Assembly (NCBI GenBank): GCA_965372795.1
Contig: CBDVDR010000012.1
Location: forward strand, 42,446 to 106,445
Direction of reading: 5' to 3'
Source of the DNA: an uncultured bacterium
Lineage (GTDB): Bacteria; Zixibacteria; MSB-5A5; GN15; FEB-12
Length of the DNA: 64,000 nt
Part shown: positions 39,501-48,184 of the stretch, one piece after another
Numbering within the stretch: the first letter of the stretch is position 1
Layout of the letters: the number at the start of each line of letters is the position of its first letter
The notes under the pieces: model-generated
Databases searched by the model: none
What the model was told of the DNA's origin: nothing
Seen by the model: only the letters and a program-made list of their open reading frames with translations
Program-made: the position numbers and the translations under genes

Positions 39501-41667
39501 AATTCACTACCGAATCAGAAACTTGGGCAGTAATAGAATTACCTTCAGTAACAGTTACAAAAACCGTGTCACGGTCAACTTCCATACAAGCATCATAGAC
39601 CGAAACAATTATCTCATGAATACCATAACTATCAGGTGTAAAGCAGATCACGTCATTATTTATAAGACCATGAGTTGAAACTATCGAGTCGATATTGTTA
39701 TCCGGGTCACTATAAGAAATCGGATCCAGACATATTTCTGCAAGATCACATTGGCGAACTTCAAAATCAGCACCGGCTGTAATTATCGGGGAGCTGTTAA
39801 ATTCAGTACTGACATCAAAAGAACAAACGTCCTCTCCACAGACAGAAAAGGCTGTCATTGTAATAGTTTGAACACCGGGAGATAAAACAGGCACCATTAC
39901 CTGATTACCTACAAGATATGCCGGAGAAGAAACTTTGACCGAATCAACTAACGGCGAGATTTGATAATCAAAGACTAAGGTGTCAGCCTCGCATAATAAT
40001 AGTAAATCAGTGCTTGGCGGACAGGTAATCCGATCATCCATATGGACATCAACGGTGGCAGTGCTTACCGAAGTATTACATTCTGCTACAGCTGTAATTT
40101 CGATTGTGTATAGACCGGCAGTATCAGCCGGGAAACAAATAAATCCGTTGTCGTAGGTTCCAAAATTTGTATTTATGGTCTGATAGATTCCTGTAATAGA
40201 AACCGGCAGACATATATTATCAGGACCACAAAGATGAGCAAGAGAATCAGAAACATTTACAGTAACATAATCACCTTGTTCAACAGTTAACTCAATCAAC
40301 ACCTGATCGGTTTCGCCACACTCATCTTCGGCAACGACAATGATTGAATAATCACCAGCGGTATCAGGTGTAAAACAGTATTGACCGGAGACATAATTGT
40401 AATAACCAACGGTTCCGGTAACAGAAACAAGATTATTATCAATGTCGCTAACATCAACCGGCAAACAGATTTCTTCAAACACACACTGGCGGAAATAAGT
40501 TGTCGAAGGAGTATAGCTAAGAACCGGCGCCGTATTAGCAAAGATTGTTACATCAACAAAATCAGTGCTGATTTCGCCACACTCATCTATTACAGAAACC
40601 TGTACGGTATAAGTACCGAGAGTGTCAACGGTGAAACATATATAGTTAAATTTTGGATTATAAACAAATCCGTTGGCTAAATCCGTTTGGACATCAACAA
40701 TATTGTTATCATAATCAGAGATGCCAACCGGAACACAAACCTGTCCACCAATACAGGCGGCTAATGAATAATTTGCCGGGAGCGCAACCAGTGGAGGCTG
40801 GTTACAAAGGATTGTAACCGTAAAATTTTTCTCGTAAGTACCACAGGGTGTTGCGACAGTGATAGAGATCGGATTGGTAATACCACAGGATGAAGAGAAT
40901 GCAATCGCCTTAAGATCTGGATCATACCAGGTATTGATACCGGTAATAGTTGTATCAGAACCGGGAGGAACATTTTCAAGAGTAATCGGGAAATAATAGG
41001 TTCCGGTTTCACAAACAAAAACAGTAGTATCGTTCGGAACCTCAAAATCGATCTGGAAATCGGTTTGGATATAAATATTAGCCGTATCAGCTGAAACTTC
41101 ACCACATTCATCAGTGGCAGTAATTATAACTTCATAATAACCGGTGTCATAAGAAACAAACTGTAAAGTACTGGTCGTTAAATTCAGATAACCAAGATTG
41201 TTGGTAATACCTACAATGTTAGAATCGGGATCTGAAATAGTTACCGGTACATAGATCCAACCCGGGGCACATTGATAGTAGAGACTATCATTCATGCCGC
41301 TTACTACCGGCGGACGATTATCAGAAAGCTGATCAGTCATGTATGCCTGAACTAAGTTAGTGCCATCGGAAACCGAGACATGGAATAAATAAGTTCCGGC
41401 AGAACCGGGCGTGTAAGTAATTAATCCGGTAGAAGAATTGATACTTCCCGGACCAGATATTAATTCATATGTTAATGGATCATTTTCAGGATCAGTTGCA
41501 ACAACTTGAATTGTTCTATCCTGAACATTCCCGCAATAGCCGCCGAAGAAACCCTGGTCCTGAAATACAGGAGAGGCTCCTATTACATTACCGGCAGTAA
41601 ACCCGGAAATTATTAATAATAGAAAAAGTATTCTAGATTTTGAATAGTTTCTAAAAATCCCTATCAA
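36517..41667 (-). CDS. Giant secreted cell-surface protein. It has a signal peptide, multiple Cys-containing Ig-like/HYR-like repeats, a dockerin-like double Ca-binding module, and a C-terminal type IX secretion sorting domain.
   Basis: 1716 aa. Recurrent …CFTPDTAG.Y…V…DECGE… units. Dockerin-like segments DVNLNRVPYEIADAVVFSNYFI and DVNADGLTLTIADLVLLIRIIVG. The terminal ~80 aa (…NGALVRKF…SGVYLYRLKTDNFSKTKKMLLLK) match the T9SS CTD pattern. Confidence 0.8.
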   Translation of the reverse strand: MIGIFRNYSKSRILFLLLIISGFTAGNVIGASPVFQDQGFFGGYCGNVQDRTIQVVATDPENDPLTYELISGPGSINSSTGLITYTPGSAGTYLFHVSVSDGTNLVQAYMTDQLSDNRPPVVSGMNDSLYYQCAPGWIYVPVTISDPDSNIVGITNNLGYLNLTTSTLQFVSYDTGYYEVIITATDECGEVSADTANIYIQTDFQIDFEVPNDTTVFVCETGTYYFPITLENVPPGSDTTITGINTWYDPDLKAIAFSSSCGITNPISITVATPCGTYEKNFTVTILCNQPPLVALPANYSLAACIGGQVCVPVGISDYDNNIVDVQTDLANGFVYNPKFNYICFTVDTLGTYTVQVSVIDECGEISTDFVDVTIFANTAPVLSYTPSTTYFRQCVFEEICLPVDVSDIDNNLVSVTGTVGYYNYVSGQYCFTPDTAGDYSIIVVAEDECGETDQVLIELTVEQGDYVTVNVSDSLAHLCGPDNICLPVSITGIYQTINTNFGTYDNGFICFPADTAGLYTIEITAVAECNTSVSTATVDVHMDDRITCPPSTDLLLLCEADTLVFDYQISPLVDSVKVSSPAYLVGNQVMVPVLSPGVQTITMTAFSVCGEDVCSFDVSTEFNSSPIITAGADFEVRQCDLAEICLDPISYSDPDNNIDSIVSTHGLINNDVICFTPDSYGIHEIIVSVYDACMEVDRDTVFVTVTEGNSITAQVSDSVVNLCQPDIICLPLNLTGIYDELIINYGTYSNGEVCFDADTAGTYNIEITANAECNSVTVNATVVVTIDDRIVCPGDVGPLFLCGPDTLAFDYQTSMLVDSVKVTEPAYLMDGKVYVPVLAQGSMEISMTAYSVCGIEQCSFNIMTDFNSSPFISMGDDISISECGLIQKSFSFNLYDNDNNITSVVASPNVDSIVGTQYFFTPDDYGLHTIILTVTDACNEIYSDTLIIDYKLGGFAAINCPQTIVYDTICGPDTVYIENFVVEPDYAIVTVDNGVYDAASQTLALYIIEEGLRSVEVVALTQCQTDTCSFDLDIHIPVKPLVVCAPPIDTLVCIDTLGTICVPITITGTDLDISISPLGVYNGNEICFPVDTAGFYEIQIIADNQCGADTCYVVVNVIDDQAPILSLPADTTIIWCPQDTTLKCFDGIFSTDTRSQSFITMTCGDGTLELTDADTGQVCFRPDTVGNYEFCFESTDGCKTISKSFFVNVVDKGDCDVCVRLTIDGGECDGVGVAHNVSLKIESNDYITSFNIMIEYDKTVMSFQSADTTNSDIAGWEYFSFRLGEESCGNACPSGLVQFLGIAGLGDGEIIPPNVSLKPQDVLIDISFRIANDQNLSNQFLPIKFFTYACNNNTFTSLNGDVTYFNNKIYNAEGILIWDEEDDINFPELSRPFGMGGSNGCLNNSTLPNPERCIEYYNGGICILPLEEYSSRGDVNLNRVPYEIADAVVFSNYFIRGLAVFVVDPVGQVAATDVNADGLTLTIADLVLLIRIIVGDALPIPKVIPNEENLAITDVVEKGVKTVTTDAASSIGGALFKFDLIGDVDIQQPRVAEGAEGMQLLHNVVDDQLLVILFDIGNNRIDAGKNDIFEIPFNGSGSIEFVEVEIVDYQGRPFDAVFKGTSLPTAFELHQNYPNPFNPITNIDFALPKPSDWSITVYNINGALVRKFDGSADAGVVSIQWDGTNSTGSQVASGVYLYRLKTDNFSKTKKMLLLK
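38814..40278. repeat. Internal tandem duplication (2 x ~732 nt, 244 aa each) inside the giant T9SS protein gene
   Basis: Protein residues ~464-707 (GDYVTVNVSDSLAHLCGPDNICLPV…TVFVTVTE) and ~708-951 (GNSITAQVSDSVVNLCQPDIICLPL…) align colinearly with high identity. The unit junction at nt 39546 was confirmed (DRDTVFVTVTEG). Confidence 0.7.
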
Positions 41668-42257
41668 CGTTATCTTCCTCCAAAGAGCTATAAGCCCTTG
41701 TTCACAAACTAAGAATATATTGGTATCCCAATAACCAATTCCTCAGCGACGTACCTATCCTCTTCAGTCAAATACTGGCAATTCCCTCTATAACATTTCA
41801 TCTTCCAATTAAAGGCTACCCTGTAGAAATTAAAACGGTAGTAAAATACGGTAAGTATGTTAATTTTGTCAGCGTCCACAATATACCTTTATTGCCTGAA
41901 AAGTCAAGACATTATGACTTCTGAGAGCTGTAATGCAAGAATCCTGCCAAGTTTCTAAGTTGTTAAAATCGTTCATGTTAATGACTTTAGAATGGTTTCT
42001 GAAAAGGTCCATTCGCTAATTGTGAAAGCTGTTGCAGATTATTTGCGCAAAATAATACATTATTGAAATAGGCAGCAGGTACAGCAATTTTCTGAATAAT
42101 GAGCAAAACAAAAAGGTGCCTTTTAACGCAAACACTGCGCTGTTCAGGACGTTATAAATTGATAACTCTGAAAATAAATCTAAATGGCTCAAATTCGTAA
42201 AATTGCTGGTTGACTTAAAGGACTATTTTAGTAGATATTATATTATTATCAAAATAA

Positions 42258-44234
42258 TTGGGAGTAACTATGGCAAAAAAAATATCCTCCAAAAAAACAA
42301 CTGTCCAAACAATTGACACTTTGTTAACTGAAAAACGGAAATTTAAACCATCAGCGTCTTTTGTAAAACAATCGAATATATCTAAAAAGACAATTTATGC
42401 TCAGGCAAAGGCTAATCCGGTTAAATTTTGGGAAAAAATGGCTTCCGAATTAGTCTGGAAAAAGAAGTGGACTAAAGGATTATCATGGAATCCACCGGAT
42501 GCAAAATGGTTTGTAGGCGGCAAGCTTAATATCACCGAGTCCTGCCTTGATCAGCATATTCATAATGGACGTCGCAATAAAGCAGCTCTGATTTGGGAAG
42601 GTGAGCCGGGAGATAAACAGACCTATACTTATTTTGATTTATACCGTCAGGTTAATAAATTTGCTAATGTTTTAAAAAATCTCGGAATAAAAAAGGGCGA
42701 CAGGGTAGCTATCTATTTGCCTATGATCCCAGAACTGGCCGTGGCTATGCTTGGATGCGCAAGAATAGGTGCAATTCATTCGGTTGTTTTTGGAGGCTTC
42801 TCCCCCGAATCTCTCCGTGACAGGATTCAGGATTTAGAGGCTAAACTATTGATAACCGCCGATGGCGGATACCGACGCGGACAGATTATACCTTTGAAAC
42901 ATGATGCCGATGTTGCCATTGCAGACTGTCCTTCTATAGAGCATGTCATAATTGTCAAACGTGGAGATTTCCTTCTTCGAATTAAAGAAGGTCGGGATCA
43001 CTGGTATCATCGACAGATGCAGGAAGCTGATAATTATTGCCCGCCGGTATATGTTGATGCTGAACACCCTCTCTTTATCTTATATACCTCAGGTACCACC
43101 GGAAAACCAAAAGGGATAATGCACACCTGCGGGGGTTACTTAACCGGAGTTTATGCAACTACCAAATTTGTGTTTGATGTTAAAGATGATGATGTTTACT
43201 GGTGTACGGCAGATATCGGATGGATTACCGGACATTCATATATAGTCTATGGACCAATGGCAAATGGTGTTACTCAAGTTATGTATGAAGGGGCTCCTAA
43301 CTGGCCTGATCAAGATCGGTTCTGGCAAATTGTCGAGGATTACGGGGTGACAATATTTTATACCGCTCCAACGGCAATCAGATCATTTATGAACTGGGGT
43401 CGAAAATGGCCGGACAATCATGATTTGAGTTCGTTACGCCTTTTGGGTACGGTTGGTGAACCGATAAATCCGGAAGCCTGGATGTGGTATCATGAGGTAA
43501 TCGGTCATAAAAAATGCCCGATTGTTGATACCTGGTGGCAAACTGAAACCGGCCATATAATGATAACTCCTCTTCCGGGTATTACAACCACCAAACCCGG
43601 ATCAGCGACTCATACATTCCCCGGAATTTCGGCTGTCATTCTTGATGAAGATGGCAAAGAAGTTAAAAAAGGTGGCGGATATTTGGCGATCAATAAACCA
43701 TGGCCCGGGATGCTTCGCGGTATTTGGGGTGACCGTGAAAGATTCGTTGAAACATACTGGACAAAATGGAAAGATATTTATTTCCCCGGCGATGGAGCCA
43801 AAATCGATGAAGAAAAATATTTATGGATTCTTGGACGAGTTGATGATGTTATCAATATCTCCGGACACAGACTTTCAACTATGGAGGTTGAGTCAGCCCT
43901 GGTTGAACATCAAAATGTAACAGAAGCTGCCGTGGTTGGGATACCCCATAAGATAAAAGGTGAATGTCTGGTGGCATTTGTTACTCTTGAACAAGGGCTT
44001 GAATTTACCGAAAGGCAAAACGCTCAACTAAGAGATTTTGTAGCCCGAAAAATCGGTGCCATTGCTAAACCAGAAAAAATAATATTTACATCCGATTTGC
44101 CCAAAACCAGATCAGGGAAAATTATGCGGCGGCTCCTAAGGGATATTGCAACCGGTAAAATTATGGGTGACACGACAACTTTGGCCGATCCTGATGTTCT
44201 GAATAAAATTAAAGCGAGATATGAAGAAGATTAA
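42258..44234 (+). CDS. acs: Acetyl-CoA synthetase (acetate--CoA ligase). The start may be at 42270 (MAKK).
   Basis: 658 aa. AMP-binding [11 protein letters not shown], the conserved …WWQTETG… and C-terminal …GKIMRR… lysine motif. Confidence 0.95.
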   Translation: MGVTMAKKISSKKTTVQTIDTLLTEKRKFKPSASFVKQSNISKKTIYAQAKANPVKFWEKMASELVWKKKWTKGLSWNPPDAKWFVGGKLNITESCLDQHIHNGRRNKAALIWEGEPGDKQTYTYFDLYRQVNKFANVLKNLGIKKGDRVAIYLPMIPELAVAMLGCARIGAIHSVVFGGFSPESLRDRIQDLEAKLLITADGGYRRGQIIPLKHDADVAIADCPSIEHVIIVKRGDFLLRIKEGRDHWYHRQMQEADNYCPPVYVDAEHPLFILYTSGTTGKPKGIMHTCGGYLTGVYATTKFVFDVKDDDVYWCTADIGWITGHSYIVYGPMANGVTQVMYEGAPNWPDQDRFWQIVEDYGVTIFYTAPTAIRSFMNWGRKWPDNHDLSSLRLLGTVGEPINPEAWMWYHEVIGHKKCPIVDTWWQTETGHIMITPLPGITTTKPGSATHTFPGISAVILDEDGKEVKKGGGYLAINKPWPGMLRGIWGDRERFVETYWTKWKDIYFPGDGAKIDEEKYLWILGRVDDVINISGHRLSTMEVESALVEHQNVTEAAVVGIPHKIKGECLVAFVTLEQGLEFTERQNAQLRDFVARKIGAIAKPEKIIFTSDLPKTRSGKIMRRLLRDIATGKIMGDTTTLADPDVLNKIKARYEED

Positions 44235-44295
44235 AAAATAGCTGATGAAATCAGCTTTATATTGACCGGAACGTAATTCTACAGTAATCTTTAGA

Positions 44296-45000
44296 ATGAT
44301 TTATAAAACCGGCCTGGAAATTATTGAACCTGATAACTGGGTAAACTTCGTTTTTGATCTTCCGGGCTGCTTTTCTCAAGCCCGTACAAAAAAAGATGCT
44401 ATTGATAACAGTACCGAATCCATCAAAGAATATCTAAACTGGCGTGAAGGGTATAATTACTCAGAATCAAATCAAACGGAACCGATTCAATTTGAAATTG
44501 TAGAAAAATTTGATAAACTAATTTATGAAGGTAATTATATAATCAATGCTTTTTTTGAAGCTGACAAACAAATTTTCTTACCTGAAGAAATTTATCAAAT
44601 AGAATGGTTATTGGATTGCAGCAGAAATGACCTTGCTAATATCCTCAAAACTTTAACAACGGATCAACTTGACCAAACTATTAAAGGAGAAGTACAGAAA
44701 AATATCAGAGGCGTTCTAAGACATATCGCAACAGCAGAAGTCTGGTTATTAGAAAGTATTAATCTTGCTTTTGACCGTTCAGAGATTCCTGTTGAAACAT
44801 TTGAAGCTCTTAGTAAAACAAGAAATTATACTGTCAGTATTTTAGAAAAATTTATTAACAATGATACAATTGCGATTCGAAAATCCGAGCAGTGGTCACC
44901 CCGAAAAGTTATAAGGCGGATGCTCTGGCACGAACGCATTCATACTCAGCAAATTAGAAAATATTTAAAATTATTAAATTCGGGTATTGTCAATGAATAG
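44296..45000 (+). CDS. DinB/YfiT-like (DinB_2) domain protein with a HicB/UPF0150-like N-terminal segment
   Basis: 234 aa. The N-terminus (…IIEPDNWVNFVFDLPGCFSQARTKKDAI…) is HicB-like. The C-terminal half has His-containing helices (…VLRHIATAEVW…MLWHERIHTQQI…) typical of DinB_2. Confidence 0.4.
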   Translation: MIYKTGLEIIEPDNWVNFVFDLPGCFSQARTKKDAIDNSTESIKEYLNWREGYNYSESNQTEPIQFEIVEKFDKLIYEGNYIINAFFEADKQIFLPEEIYQIEWLLDCSRNDLANILKTLTTDQLDQTIKGEVQKNIRGVLRHIATAEVWLLESINLAFDRSEIPVETFEALSKTRNYTVSILEKFINNDTIAIRKSEQWSPRKVIRRMLWHERIHTQQIRKYLKLLNSGIVNE

Positions 45001-46159
45001 AAAAATTATCATCCCTCTCATGCTAATAATGTTGGTAGTTAGCATAAATATTAATGCTGAAATTGTTGATTCGTTTCAACAGGCAAAAACAGCCGCCTCC
45101 AATTCTGGGAATGTTATCCTGGTTGAATTGTATGATACACAATGTAAGAGTTGCAGAGTAATTGAAGATGCTAAAGATTCAGATAAGTCAATTAGCGTAT
45201 TATTTTCAAAATTCATCCTTTTTTCTGCAAATGTAACTGAGAAAGAGGGAAAATCTCTTGCAAGACAATATAAAGCCGGTCAAAATTTTCCGGTTTTTTT
45301 ATTACTGGATAAAGAAGGCAAAGTTTTAAACAAATGGATTAGCTACCGGAGTATTACTTTTTTTCTCAGAACTTTAAGAAAAAATCTAATTGGAACAATG
45401 ACTGTTGATGAAAAAGTATCATTTTACCATGAAAGCCCTACCGACGAACTCGCCTTTCTTCTGGCCAAAGATTTTGCCAGTCATAATAAATATTCTGAAG
45501 CGATAAAATATTTTAAAGAAGCAAGAAAATTAAAAGGAAATAATAAAAAAGATTTCAGCTATGCTATTTTCAATAATAGCGCCAAGGCTGTCTTAAACAA
45601 CGACATACCATTTGAGCAACTTCTTCTGGCTGCAGATGAAATGGTTGAGTTCACTACCAACAAAAAAAATATTATTAAATCTATCATTACCCTTACCGGA
45701 GTTGCTAAAGAAAAAAACAAGACCAGTATGCTTGGCAAGTATTTAGAAGCGGGTATAAATGCTTCAAACAACAGTCAAACACCCAAGGATAAAGGATTTG
45801 CTGCTGATTTTGAAGCTGACTTAGCCCTCTATATTGATTTAGATATTGAAAAAGCAATAGCGATCAAGAAAAAATATATGGGACTCGGATGGCGGATGGA
45901 TCCAAAATTATATTTCCCTTTTGCAAATTGGTGCCTGGATCGAAAGATAAATCTTAAAGCAGCAGAGAAATATGCACGAGAGGCATCAGTAGATGCTACC
46001 GGAGGTCAATTCAGAGGATTCGTTTTTAATGTGATTGCTGAATTATGTTATGAGCAAGGGAAAATTGACGAAGCAACTGCAAATATCAGAAAAGCTTTAA
46101 ATGAGGACCCTAATAATAAAGATTTTAAGGCGAATCTAAAAAAATATACCAAGAGATAG
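44987..46159 (+). CDS. Secreted thioredoxin-like fold protein fused to TPR repeats (hypothetical)
   Basis: 390 aa. Signal peptide, CKSC CxxC motif in a thioredoxin-like N-terminal domain, and TPR-like helical repeats at the C-terminus. Confidence 0.45.
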   Translation: MSMNRKIIIPLMLIMLVVSININAEIVDSFQQAKTAASNSGNVILVELYDTQCKSCRVIEDAKDSDKSISVLFSKFILFSANVTEKEGKSLARQYKAGQNFPVFLLLDKEGKVLNKWISYRSITFFLRTLRKNLIGTMTVDEKVSFYHESPTDELAFLLAKDFASHNKYSEAIKYFKEARKLKGNNKKDFSYAIFNNSAKAVLNNDIPFEQLLLAADEMVEFTTNKKNIIKSIITLTGVAKEKNKTSMLGKYLEAGINASNNSQTPKDKGFAADFEADLALYIDLDIEKAIAIKKKYMGLGWRMDPKLYFPFANWCLDRKINLKAAEKYAREASVDATGGQFRGFVFNVIAELCYEQGKIDEATANIRKALNEDPNNKDFKANLKKYTKR

Positions 46160-46201
46160 AATAAAATGTCAGTTAATGTGCTTAAATAGCATAAAATAAA
46201 A

Positions 46202-46237
46202 GGCTGGTTTCTGTAAAAGAGACCAGCCTGTTTTTTT
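46202..46237. terminator. Bidirectional rho-independent terminator between convergent genes
   Basis: ggctggtttc-tgtaaaa-gagaccagcc hairpin with T-runs on both strands (tgttttttt on plus, ttttattt on minus). Confidence 0.7.
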
Positions 46238-46260
46238 AATTTCTTTTGTGACTATGTCAC

Positions 46261-47073
46261 TTACTTGCCAGTATCACCGCTAAGAATAATTGGTAAAGAA
46301 CCGGCGTCATTACCGATAACAATGATCTTGGAATTAGGAGATTCAGCAATTTTCAAAGTAGCTTCAATACCTTTCCATTTCAACAGTGAGTTAGTAATTC
46401 CCGCACTCACGATTTTTTGGAAGTCAGCAATACCTTGAGCTTCAATTCTTTTTCTATCAGCTTCAAGTCTCTCTTTTTCAATGGTAAAGACCATCTTCTG
46501 AGATTCTTGTTCAGCGGTAAGTTTAAAATTAATAGCTTCAGAAATTTTTTGTGGAATTTGTACATCACGGATGATTACATTTTCGATCTCTACATATTTG
46601 TCAGCAATTACTGATTTTAGATCGGCTCTGATTTTATTTGTAACTTCTTCCCTTTTTGTTGAGTAAATCTCTTCCGGAGTAAAGTTACCGGCAACCGAAC
46701 GGGCAATACCCCGAACCTGCGGAGCAACCGCTACCTGATAATAATTTTGTCCGATTTGTACTTGCAATGAATCAAGTTTAGTCATAATCGGACGAAACAT
46801 AATTGACATTTCCATTCTAATCGTAGCACCATCTGATGATAATACTGTTACAACTTCTTTGCTTTCCTGAAGCTGAACTTTGTAGACAAAAATATTATTC
46901 CAAGGCAAATGCCAGGAGAAACCTTCAGTGTAGATTTTTCCAAATTCTGTACCAGCACCGAATTTTGCATAAAAAACGCCTTTGTGTCCGGATGGAATCT
47001 GGGTGCCACAGCCGATTGCGCCTAATGCTAAAATTACAATCATTAGCATTGGTAGTAATTTTAATCGCTTCAT
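46261..47073 (-). CDS. SPFH/band-7 (prohibitin/HflC-like) family lipoprotein
   Basis: 270 aa. Lipobox (LGAIGCG), SPFH core and a C-terminal coiled-coil. Confidence 0.8.
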   Translation of the reverse strand: MKRLKLLPMLMIVILALGAIGCGTQIPSGHKGVFYAKFGAGTEFGKIYTEGFSWHLPWNNIFVYKVQLQESKEVVTVLSSDGATIRMEMSIMFRPIMTKLDSLQVQIGQNYYQVAVAPQVRGIARSVAGNFTPEEIYSTKREEVTNKIRADLKSVIADKYVEIENVIIRDVQIPQKISEAINFKLTAEQESQKMVFTIEKERLEADRKRIEAQGIADFQKIVSAGITNSLLKWKGIEATLKIAESPNSKIIVIGNDAGSLPIILSGDTGK

Positions 47074-47262
47074 AAACTTATTACCTCCGTGTTATTTGTT
47101 TCGATTTTATACTGAGTTGACTAATCTAAATGATATACTGTCAATATAAAAGCATATTCACAAGTAAAGCCTATTTTAATATTAAAATAATAGGAATATT
47201 CAAAAAGGGACAAAAATAAGCAGGTTTATTCATTATTTTAATTTGAAATCAAAATATATAAG

Positions 47263-48126
47263 CTATTGCAAGTTAACCCTATATGGAATACACCAGGTCC
47301 GGATATGCTGACCTGCGGGCAAAGTTCCGTCAAATGATTGAATCGTAATAATATTCCAAAGCCGGTTATTATTTGAAGGAGTTGAGACAGTATCAATTGA
47401 GTTTGTACCATTAATATATTTCATAGGGTATGTTAGAAATCCTTTATCTGATTCTGCAGAAATAATATGATATTCAGCAGTAGGAGCAGTTCTTTCGGCT
47501 TTAATTTCAAGTTTCATTCCCTTTTCAATTAAAGGAAAATCCTCGAGTTTAATATATGGGAGATTAAAGCCTACGGTCCGGTTGCGATATGAGCGAGAAT
47601 CCCCATCAAATTGGACAGAGTTATCTGTAGATTTACCTTCGATAGTAACCGGAGCCGGGATCAAACCGAGGCTGTTGAAACCATACATTTTCCATCCCAG
47701 AAAAGCTCGGCTGTCATCGCCAAGTTTTAAAAAATAAGCATACCGAATTATTGAACGAGTTGATTCGCCGGAAGTAGTATCATTACCGGTGTACCTGAAT
47801 GTTTTGACAGTATAAAAATCTTCAACAATGGCTATTGCTTCTCTTACAAATCCGATATTCTCAATCTCAGAGACATCTCCAATAGTAATATTTACATTTC
47901 TTCTGTTAGACTGGAACACGTCCTTGTAAAGGGCATTATCAAACGGCACACTATACAAGGTTTCATCAAATAATGAATCAATCCGAAACAGCTCGACACC
48001 TTCTTCGGTATTTTCAAGATAACTTAATAACTGATCTTCGTCTGAAATGACAGGAATTTCGATTTCTTCACATCCAATAATGAATAGTAAAGCAATTGCT
48101 GAGAAAATAAGAATCTTCTTTGTCAT
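47263..48126 (-). CDS. Hypothetical lipoprotein
   Basis: 287 aa. Signal peptide with lipobox (FIIGCEE). No recognisable domain. Confidence 0.45.
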   Translation of the reverse strand: MTKKILIFSAIALLFIIGCEEIEIPVISDEDQLLSYLENTEEGVELFRIDSLFDETLYSVPFDNALYKDVFQSNRRNVNITIGDVSEIENIGFVREAIAIVEDFYTVKTFRYTGNDTTSGESTRSIIRYAYFLKLGDDSRAFLGWKMYGFNSLGLIPAPVTIEGKSTDNSVQFDGDSRSYRNRTVGFNLPYIKLEDFPLIEKGMKLEIKAERTAPTAEYHIISAESDKGFLTYPMKYINGTNSIDTVSTPSNNNRLWNIITIQSFDGTLPAGQHIRTWCIPYRVNLQ

Positions 48127-48184
48127 AATACTTTCTGCTAAAATTTAATTAACTTTATAACGAATTTATACTCGTATAACGAAT

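Noticed and set aside
40296-41111. Short ORFs on both strands within the giant T9SS protein gene
   Set aside because: They are embedded in a continuous 5.1-kb ORF with repeat-domain structure. They are frame-shadow artefacts.
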